Made by a program: the position numbers and the translations under genes. The notes under the pieces were generated by a model. It was given only the letters and a program-made list of their open reading frames with translations. It did not search any database and was not told the DNA's origin. From Myxococcales bacterium (GTDB lineage Bacteria > Myxococcota_A > UBA9042 > JABWCM01 > BTVJ01), in assembly GCA_045863395.1 (NCBI GenBank), contig BTVJ01000126.1, positions 1-18,387 of the forward strand: a stretch of DNA of 18,387 nt, written 5' to 3'. Of the stretch, positions 10,450-18,387 are shown piece after piece (the stretch's first letter is position 1; each line of letters begins with the position of its first letter).

Positions 10450-12084
10450 ATGCTCGACGAAACCCGCCCCATCCCCGCCCGCATGCTGAACGAGTGGACC
10501 TACTGCCCGCGCCTCGCAGTGCTCGAGTGGGTGCATGGCGAGTGGGACGAGAGCGCCGACACCGTGGACGGCGCGCGGGTCCACGGCCGCGTGGACCGAC
10601 CCACGGAGCCCCTGCCGGAGCCCGACGACGAGCTGGTAGCCCGCGCCCGCTCCGTGTGGTACGAGGGCGACGGGATCACGGCGCGCATGGACGTCGTGGA
10701 GGTGGAGCGCGGTAAGGCCGCGCCCATCGACACCAAGAGGGGGTCGCCGCCAGATGAGGGAGCGTGGGAAGCAGACCGGGTCCAGGTCTGCGCCCAGGGG
10801 CTCGTGCTGCGAGCGAACGGCTGGCAGAGTACGTCCGGCTTCGTGTGGTACGCGGCCGCCAGGCGGCGAGTCGAGGTCGTCTTCGACGACGCACTCGTGA
10901 CGCAGACCCGCAGGGCAATCACGGATCTGAGGGCGGCGGCGGAGGCCGCGGAGCTTCCTCCGCCGCTGATCGACAGCCCGCGCTGCCCCCGCTGCAGCCT
11001 GGTCGGCATCTGCCTCCCGGACGAGGTGCACTGGCTGAATGCGCCAGGCCAATCGAGCGACGAGCCGCGCCAGCTCCTCGCACCACGGCCCGACGGCCTG
11101 CCGCTTCACGTGAGCGAGCAGGGAGCCACGGTCGGCACGTCACAGGGCGAGCTGATAGTCACCCGCAAGGGTGCTGAGCTGGGACGCGTCCGGCTACGGG
11201 ACACGACGCAGGTATCACTCTACGGCCAGATTCAGGTGACAACTCAGGCTCTGCGAGCTGCAATGGACCACGGCATCGCCGTATGCTGGTTTTCGTATGG
11301 AGGCTGGTTCTACGGCATGGCTCAGGGCCACCACCACAAGAACGTCGTGCTGCGCCAGGCACAGTACGGGGCCGCGGCGGATGGCACCAGGTCCCTGGCC
11401 ATCGCACGGCAGATGGTCGCGGGCAAGATCCGCAACCAGCGGACCTTGCTGCGCCGCAATCACCCTGACGTGAGCAAGGCGACCTTGCGCGAGATGGCGC
11501 GCCTCGCCGGCTCGTCTCGCCACGCCCCGGCCATGGAGACCCTGCTTGGTCTGGAGGGCGCGGCCGCGCGCCTGTACTTCCAGGCATTCGGCGGGCTGCT
11601 CAAGGGGACCCAGGTCTTCGACCTCAACGGCCGCAACCGCCGCCCACCGCGCGACCCGGTCAACGCCCTCCTCTCCTACGCCTACGCCCTGCTCGTCAAG
11701 GAGTGCCATGTCGCCGCGGCGGCCGTGGGCTTCGACCCCTACATGGGCTTCTACCACCAGCCGCGCTACGGCCGCCCGGCGCTGGCGCTCGACCTCATGG
11801 AGGAGCTCCGCCCGCTCGTCGCCGACTCGGTCGTCATCCTGGCCATCAACAACGGCGAGACGGTCAAGGGCCACTTCATCCAGCGCGCCGACGGCTGCGC
11901 CCTGACCGCCGAGGGCCGCAAGTCCTTCCTCCGTACCTGGGAGCGCCGCATGGACACGCTGGTCACGCACCCGCTCTTCGGCTACCGGGTGAGCTGGCGC
12001 CGTCTCATCGAGGTCCAGGCGCGCCTGTTGGGCCGGCACGTCATGGGCGAGACGCCCCGCTATGTCCCCATCGAGACGCGCTGA
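10450..12084 (+). CDS. cas1: Cas4-Cas1 fusion typical of type I-G, 544 aa
   Basis: Cas4 part: YCPR, MDVVE...PIDTKRG, QVCAQ, CPRCSLVGIC (four Fe-S cysteines). Cas1 part: KIRNQRTLL, LLGLEGAAARLYF, RNRRPPRDPVNALLSYAY, GFYHQ, LALDLMEELRP.VAD. Start ATG 10450 follows GAGGTG. Confidence 0.96.
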   Translation: MLDETRPIPARMLNEWTYCPRLAVLEWVHGEWDESADTVDGARVHGRVDRPTEPLPEPDDELVARARSVWYEGDGITARMDVVEVERGKAAPIDTKRGSPPDEGAWEADRVQVCAQGLVLRANGWQSTSGFVWYAAARRRVEVVFDDALVTQTRRAITDLRAAAEAAELPPPLIDSPRCPRCSLVGICLPDEVHWLNAPGQSSDEPRQLLAPRPDGLPLHVSEQGATVGTSQGELIVTRKGAELGRVRLRDTTQVSLYGQIQVTTQALRAAMDHGIAVCWFSYGGWFYGMAQGHHHKNVVLRQAQYGAAADGTRSLAIARQMVAGKIRNQRTLLRRNHPDVSKATLREMARLAGSSRHAPAMETLLGLEGAAARLYFQAFGGLLKGTQVFDLNGRNRRPPRDPVNALLSYAYALLVKECHVAAAAVGFDPYMGFYHQPRYGRPALALDLMEELRPLVADSVVILAINNGETVKGHFIQRADGCALTAEGRKSFLRTWERRMDTLVTHPLFGYRVSWRRLIEVQARLLGRHVMGETPRYVPIETR

Positions 12085-12097
12085 AGGAGGCATCACC

Positions 12098-12391
12098 GTG
12101 AACCGCACCTGTACCCTCGTCTGCTACGACGTCTCCGATCCGAAGCGCCTCCGCAAGGTCTTCCAGATCTGCCGCCGCTTCGGCGATCACCTCCAGTACA
12201 GCGTCTTCCGCGCCGAACTCAGCCCCCGCTCGCGAGCGGAGCTCATCAAGGCGCTGGACGAGGCCATCGATCACAGGCAGGATCAGGTCCTGCTTGTGGA
12301 CATCGGCCCAGCCGGCCCGTCAGCAGCAAGCAGCTTCGCAGCGGTGGGTCGCCCCTACACCCACCCGGAGCGCCACGCCGTAATCCTGTAG
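12098..12391 (+). CDS. cas2: CRISPR-associated Cas2, 97 aa
   Basis: LVCYDVSDPKRLRKVFQICRRFGDHLQYSVF motif; AGGAGG at 12085-12090 before GTG 12098. Confidence 0.96.
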   Translation: MNRTCTLVCYDVSDPKRLRKVFQICRRFGDHLQYSVFRAELSPRSRAELIKALDEAIDHRQDQVLLVDIGPAGPSAASSFAAVGRPYTHPERHAVIL

Positions 12392-12982
12392 GCGGGCGGC
12401 GCGGTGGTGGGGACGGGGACGCTGGGAGGCGGCGGACTTGGAGCGGGGGACCGGGGACCTCGGGGCGTAGGCCGGTCCAGTATCATTATTTTGGAGGGTG
12501 CCTTTGAGCGCTGAACGTCGATCATGGGAGCAGCCGAGGGACGCGCAGCGGGAGCTGGCCCCGTTAGAGCGGCGGGAGCAGCCTGGTTCGGCCCCGCAAG
12601 TGCATACGACGCCGGTTGAGCCACGACGCACGAGCAGAACCCACAGCAGGCACCTTGACCGCTGCGCCCCCTCCGAGCCCGCCAGCGGCGGCAGCAAGAA
12701 GCCGCCCCGAACGCACCTGAGGCAGTCGCAACCCACAACATGAACCCAAGTCCGCGACTACAAAGGAATGTGAAAACTGAACCCCCCTTCGAGCACCTCG
12801 ATGGTGAACGTACCCCCGGGGAGTGCTCGAAAAGTGCGCCAACACCGTGAAAACAATCAGCTTGACCAGGCCAGCGAAGCATGGCAGGGTACCTCCAGAG
12901 GCGCCCGATGAACCGGCCGCATGACAACCTCTCGAAAGTGCCCCCGCAACGCCCCAGGATCACACAGGTTCTGGGGGGTGGG
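12392..12982 (+). promoter_or_regulatory. Intergenic region containing the CRISPR leader (core probably about 12780-12982)
   Basis: Lies between cas2 and the first repeat with no credible ORF. Contains the inverted repeat TTCGAGCAC (12788-12796)/GTGCTCGAA (12823-12831) and a near-direct repeat CTCGAAA(A)GTGC (12826-12837, 12931-12941). Confidence 0.7.
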
Positions 12983-15900
12983 CTCTCCGCGTCTCTTGGG
13001 ACGCGGCCCCATTGAAGCAGCGTGTCCAGCAACGTCGCCATGTGTCTCCTCCGGGCTCTCCGCGTCTCTTGGGACGCGGCCCCATTGAAGCAAGCCGCTC
13101 AGCTTGCGCCGGGCCCTCATCGTCGACCTCTCCGCGTCTCTTGGGACGCGGCCCCATTGAAGCGTCAGGACCTGGAAGGTGTGCCACGGCGCCCTGCCCT
13201 CTCCGCGTCTCTTGGGACGCGGCCCCATTGAAGCAGATAGTTGCCGACTCGGGCGCGCTCCCCGTCACGAGCTCTCCGCGTCTCTTGGGACGCGGCCCCA
13301 TTGAAGCAGAATCTGGCGCCCGGACACGTACACGATGCGCCCGACTCTCCGCGTCTCTTGGGACGCGGCCCCATTGAAGCGCCCCACGGGACGAGGACGA
13401 AGAGCCACTGATCTTTCTCTCCGCGTCTCTTGGGACGCGGCCCCATTGAAGCGGGGGAGATGACGCGCCGGATCTCGTCGCGCACCTGGCTCTCCGCGTC
13501 TCTTGGGACGCGGCCCCATTGAAGCGCCATAGAATTTAGGGCAGCGTAAAGCAGATTCTTTCTCTCCGCGTCTCTTGGGACGCGGCCCCATTGAAGCGTC
13601 GAGGGCGTTGTTGATGGCGTCCTCGATGCGAGTGCTCTCCGCGTCTCTTGGGACGCGGCCCCATTGAAGCTCCGGCGTCCTGTGCGGCAGATGCTCGTCC
13701 TCTCCCGCTCTCCGCGTCTCTTGGGACGCGGCCCCATTGAAGCACGACGAACAGCCATCGGTCGTGAACCACGGCGGGGACTCTCCGCGTCTCTTGGGAC
13801 GCGGCCCCATTGAAGCCCCGTCGGTCCCACGATGCGCACGCGCCCCTTCGCGCTCTCCGCGTCTCTTGGGACGCGGCCCCATTGAAGCCGATACCTGTAG
13901 CCACTGCTCTAATCGCGTACTGGAGGTCTCTCCGCGTCTCTTGGGACGCGGCCCCATTGAAGCTTCTTCGTCTGGACGCTCGACTCCGTCGCCTCCCGGA
14001 TCTCTCCGCGTCTCTTGGGACGCGGCCCCATTGAAGCCGGTCCGTCGGCCACGGCATCGACTGCCCCGCCTCCACTCTCCGCGTCTCTTGGGACGCGGCC
14101 CCATTGAAGCGGTAGGGTTTGCTCCGTTGTCGCCGTCGGAAGGGTACCTCTCCGCGTCTCTTGGGACGCGGCCCCATTGAAGCGGATCCACGCGCATTGT
14201 GCTCTCTCCCTTGTCGTGCTTGCTCTCCGCGTCTCTTGGGACGCGGCCCCATTGAAGCGCGATCCGCCAGGTCGCGTCCAACGGCCCGGTCCTCCCTCTC
14301 CGCGTCTCTTGGGACGCGGCCCCATTGAAGCGTGAAGCTCCCGCTCCGGGAGGTGGTGGACCTCGACGTCTCTCCGCGTCTCTTGGGACGCGGCCCCATT
14401 GAAGCTACGTCTACGGAAACCGCGTGGGTTCTTAGCGCCATAACTCTCCGCGTCTCTTGGGACGCGGCCCCATTGAAGCGCACCTGTAAGGTCCGCGCCT
14501 GCAAGGTCCGCACCTTCTCTCCGCGTCTCTTGGGACGCGGCCCCATTGAAGCGCCCAGTGCTTCTTGCACTCGGCCTCCAGTTGCTCCTCTCCGCGTCTC
14601 TTGGGACGCGGCCCCATTGAAGCATCGTCATCGACGACGGCTGGACCGCCTCGGCGATGCTCTCCGCGTCTCTTGGGACGCGGCCCCATTGAAGCACGGA
14701 GCCCGCGCGCGCGACCTCCTCGGCCATCGACTCTCCGCGTCTCTTGGGACGCGGCCCCATTGAAGCCTGAGGCAGCGTCGGCTCTGGCTGCGAGATCCCC
14801 ATCTCTCCGCGTCTCTTGGGACGCGGCCCCATTGAAGCGGTCGGTGGTAAGAGCGATAATGGGTCACTCATTGCTCTCCGCGTCTCTTGGGACGCGGCCC
14901 CATTGAAGCGGCGCTTCCTCTGTTCGCAGATGCTCCGGGACCTCACTCTCCGCGTCTCTTGGGACGCGGCCCCATTGAAGCGTCCAGCGCGGAATCACGT
15001 CCTTCGCGACGCCCGCTGCCTCTCCGCGTCTCTTGGGACGCGGCCCCATTGAAGCCGGTGATGGCGGCCCATGCGTCCCAGGCGGCCCGGGTCTCTCCGC
15101 GTCTCTTGGGACGCGGCCCCATTGAAGCAAGAAGAGCCGCAAGGTGCGGGCGTAGCGTCAACCGTCTCTCCGCGTCTCTTGGGACGCGGCCCCATTGAAG
15201 CAGCGATGCCCGGGCCGCCATGGCCGACTGGGCCGGCTCTCCGCGTCTCTTGGGACGCGGCCCCATTGAAGCCCCGTCGTGTAGATCAGCACCGTCCCCG
15301 CCGCGTCCACTCTCCGCGTCTCTTGGGACGCGGCCCCATTGAAGCCGCGCCTGCTCCTCCGTCTCCCCCTCCTCCGCCGTCCTCTCCGCGTCTCTTGGGA
15401 CGCGGCCCCATTGAAGCCGGTACTCCCCCCGCGCCGCCTCCACCATGCCCTCCACCTCTCCGCGTCTCTTGGGACGCGGCCCCATTGAAGCTGAAGCGCC
15501 TGCCGACGCCGCCGGAGCCGATGAAGCCTCTCCGCGTCTCTTGGGACGCGGCCCCATTGAAGCGTAGGTGCTGTTAGGAGCTTCTACCACTGGTAGCTCA
15601 GCTCTCCGCGTCTCTTGGGACGCGGCCCCATTGAAGCCCAGCGAGCACGGTCCCTTCGGCCGGGTGGACGCGGTCCCTCCGCGTCTCTTGGGACGCGGCC
15701 CCATTGAAGCGTCGTACCGCCTCGCGGATCTCGTCCTCCGAGCACTCTCCTCTCCGCGTCTCTTGGGACGCGGCCCCATTGAAGCCTGTCTGACATGCCA
15801 GTCCTCATCACCCATCATCTTCTCTCCGCGTCTCTTGGGACGCGGCCCCATTGAAGCGTGAAGCTCCTCGCTGTTGTCGATGTAGTCGCGGATCGACTCT

Positions 15901-18341
15901 CCGCGTCTCTTGGGACGCGGCCCCATTGAAGCACGAGAGCGGCATCCAGCGAGGAGAACGACAGCGTACTCTCCGCGTCTCTTGGGACGCGGCCCCATTG
16001 AAGCGTCCAGGCGCTGGAGAATGTCTGGTGCGTACTTCGTGACTCTCCGCGTCTCTTGGGACGCGGCCCCATTGAAGCGGTCGAGTCCGAGCGCGATCCC
16101 AACGAAATGCGTTCGACTCTCCGCGTCTCTTGGGACGCGGCCCCATTGAAGCATGAAGGCCGAGGGCGACGACGTGCGCCACCGCATCTCTCCGCGTCTC
16201 TTGGGACGCGGCCCCATTGAAGCCTGTCGTACCTGGGAGGTGTGATAGGGCATCCTGACTCTCCGCGTCTCTTGGGACGCGGCCCCATTGAAGCGGTCTG
16301 ACACTACCGCCTTCGGCCTGAAGCTCCATGAACTCTCCGCGTCTCTTGGGACGCGGCCCCATTGAAGCCCGGTCTCCGGTCATGCGGCAACCATAGCTCT
16401 GCCCACTCTCCGCGTCTCTTGGGACGCGGCCCCATTGAAGCATCGAAGCCGTCGCTCAGTACTATCAACCCGTAGTTCTCTCCGCGTCTCTTGGGACGCG
16501 GCCCCATTGAAGCGGGTCGGGGGCGAGCTCCGCCGCCCGGATGCGCTTCACCTCTCCGCGTCTCTTGGGACGCGGCCCCATTGAAGCAGTTGTCAGGCGA
16601 CCCGCACATGGGCCGCGCGAGGGTACTCTCCGCGTCTCTTGGGACGCGGCCCCATTGAAGCAAGGTGCGGGAGGAAGCGGCCCGGCAGATGGACGCGGCT
16701 CTCCGCGTCTCTTGGGACGCGGCCCCATTGAAGCGCTCATTCAGGAGGCGGCCGAAGCACTCCGTCGCAGCTCTCCGCGTCTCTTGGGACGCGGCCCCAT
16801 TGAAGCTACCACTTCTTGCGCGCGCTGGAGGTGAACCCCAGCTCCTCTCCGCGTCTCTTGGGACGCGGCCCCATTGAAGCTCGCGGTCCCGCCAGCTCGT
16901 CTTGTAGTCGAGGATCACTCTCCGCGTCTCTTGGGACGCGGCCCCATTGAAGCAGGTACTGGTGCACGGCGGCGTTGAGCGCTGCCACCGTCCTCTCCGC
17001 GTCTCTTGGGACGCGGCCCCATTGAAGCTGCTTGACCGTTTCCAAGGCCCCTAGCTGCCCGTCCTCTCCGCGTCTCTTGGGACGCGGCCCCATTGAAGCC
17101 GGGCCCGCTGGTGCCACCGGCGGCATAGATGCCCTCTCTCCGCGTCTCTTGGGACGCGGCCCCATTGAAGCAGCGATGCCTGGGACGCCAGGGCCGCCTG
17201 GGACGCCTCTCTCCGCGTCTCTTGGGACGCGGCCCCATTGAAGCAAACGAGTTGGGGGGGAGCAGCCAAAGGGGGTGAAGAACTCTCCGCGTCTCTTGGG
17301 ACGCGGCCCCATTGAAGCCAACTGCCGCTCGCGAACTTCACGAGGGGCGCTGGCCTCTCCGCGTCTCTTGGGACGCGGCCCCATTGAAGCGGCTGATTTA
17401 GGTGCATATGAGAAGATTCGTACAACACTCTCCGCGTCTCTTGGGACGCGGCCCCATTGAAGCCACGAACCCAAGGGGGACGGGGGCTACGTCTCCTTCG
17501 CTCTCCGCGTCTCTTGGGACGCGGCCCCATTGAAGCGCCTTCAGGCGCTCCTGGTCCGTGAGCAGATCGATGTCTCTCCGCGTCTCTTGGGACGCGGCCC
17601 CATTGAAGCCAATGACGGTTGCCGTATCGAATGTCTCGTTCTTCCATGCTCTCCGCGTCTCTTGGGACGCGGCCCCATTGAAGCGCTCAGGTTCGCTTCG
17701 TGCAGGTCAGCTCTGCACAGGCTCTCCGCGTCTCTTGGGACGCGGCCCCATTGAAGCGCGGTGTCCCTGTTCCTGACGTCGAGGACGTTCGACTCTCCGC
17801 GTCTCTTGGGGCGCGGCCCCATTGAAGCGCCCCGAAGGCCCCGTTGAACTTGCGGAAGGGAGGGACTCTCCGCGTCTCTTGGGACGCGGCCCCATTGAAG
17901 CTCTCGACGGCGAAGTCCTGTGCGATGCCGGCACCGATGACTCTCCGCGTCTCTTGGGACGCGGCCCCATTGAAGCTTGAGGCTCTGCGGGTGGAGTAGG
18001 TAGGAACGCGACCACTCTCCGCGTCTCTTGGGACGCGGCCCCATTGAAGCTCGATGCCCCACAGGACGAGTCCGGGGCCGTAACGCCTCTCCGCGTCTCT
18101 TGGGACGCGGCCCCATTGAAGCGGTGGCAACGACGGGGATGGTGATCGGGCCGATGGACCTCTCCGCGTCTCTTGGGACGCGGCCCCATTGAAGCCCAGA
18201 TGCACATGCTCATGGCTCGCTGCGGTTGGTTCTCTCCGCGTCTCTTGGGACGCGGCCCCATTGAAGCCAGATCCGCGCAGGGTTTGCGACGCTGAGGTCC
18301 ACCTTCTCTCCGCGTCTCTCGGGACGCGGCCCCATTGACAG
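12983..18341 (+). CRISPR. CRISPR array: 74 repeats of 36 bp (CTCTCCGCGTCTCTTGGGACGCGGCCCCATTGAAGC) and 73 spacers of 35-39 bp
   Basis: Counted by hand; mean period about 72.9 bp; stem CCGCGTC/GACGCGG. Orientation is plus, based on the ATTGAAGC 3' end, the leader on the left and the degenerate last repeat (18306-18341, ending ATTGACAG). Single-base variant repeats at 15675 and 17793. Confidence 0.99.
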
Positions 18342-18362
18342 GGTCGCGTAGAATAAGCAGGA

Positions 18363-18379
18363 GGTGGGGAGCCCCCACC
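18363..18379 (+). terminator. GC-rich hairpin just after the array; possible terminator or 3' stabilising structure
   Basis: GGTGGGG-AGC-CCCCACC with a 7-bp stem, but no U-tract is visible before the window ends. Confidence 0.3.
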
Positions 18380-18387
18380 GTGGAAGG

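Noticed and set aside
12568..12695. Other partial matches to the mini-array spacer (AGCGGCGGGAGC, AGCGGCGGCAGC)
   Set aside because: No TTN PAM, matches do not extend beyond about 12 nt, and the sequence is GC-rich low complexity.
12498..12743. Short ORFs between cas2 and the array
   Set aside because: No RBS or motif support; the region is better explained as intergenic/leader sequence.
15492..15527. Spacer that begins and ends with TGAAGC, like the repeat end
   Set aside because: Only 6-nt matches, normal spacer length and intact flanking repeats; probably chance.
12857..18378. Numerous long ORFs across the array with MGPRPKRRGE / LQWGRVPRDAE repeats
   Set aside because: They are translations of the CRISPR repeat, which has no stop codon on the minus strand.

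Overview
High-GC window holding a complete type I-G (formerly I-U) CRISPR-Cas locus split into two divergent halves. The interference operon cas3(helicase-HD)-csx17/cas8g-csb1/cas7-csb2 is on the minus strand (8840->1315). The adaptation module cas4-cas1 fusion, cas2, leader and a 74-repeat/73-spacer array is on the plus strand (10450->18341). The most interesting part is the region between them. Just upstream of cas3, a hidden minus-strand mini-array (two degenerate CRISPR repeats, 8874-8964) carries a 37-nt spacer. That spacer matches a site about 200 bp upstream (9141-9163) at 17/23 nt, next to a TTC PAM, with mismatches at positions 6, 12 and 18. This is the signature expected of a Cascade-guided transcriptional regulator (CreA/CreR-like). 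Right after the target lies a GTG-AGA-AGA-AGG rare-arginine-codon start reminiscent of the CreT RNA toxin. The same interval has a 273-aa uncharacterised gene followed by about 5.2 tandem 43-bp palindrome-containing repeats. The left end has a decayed TIGR04255-like gene and a probable poly-G/C artefact. All calls come from reading the sequence by eye; no searches were run.
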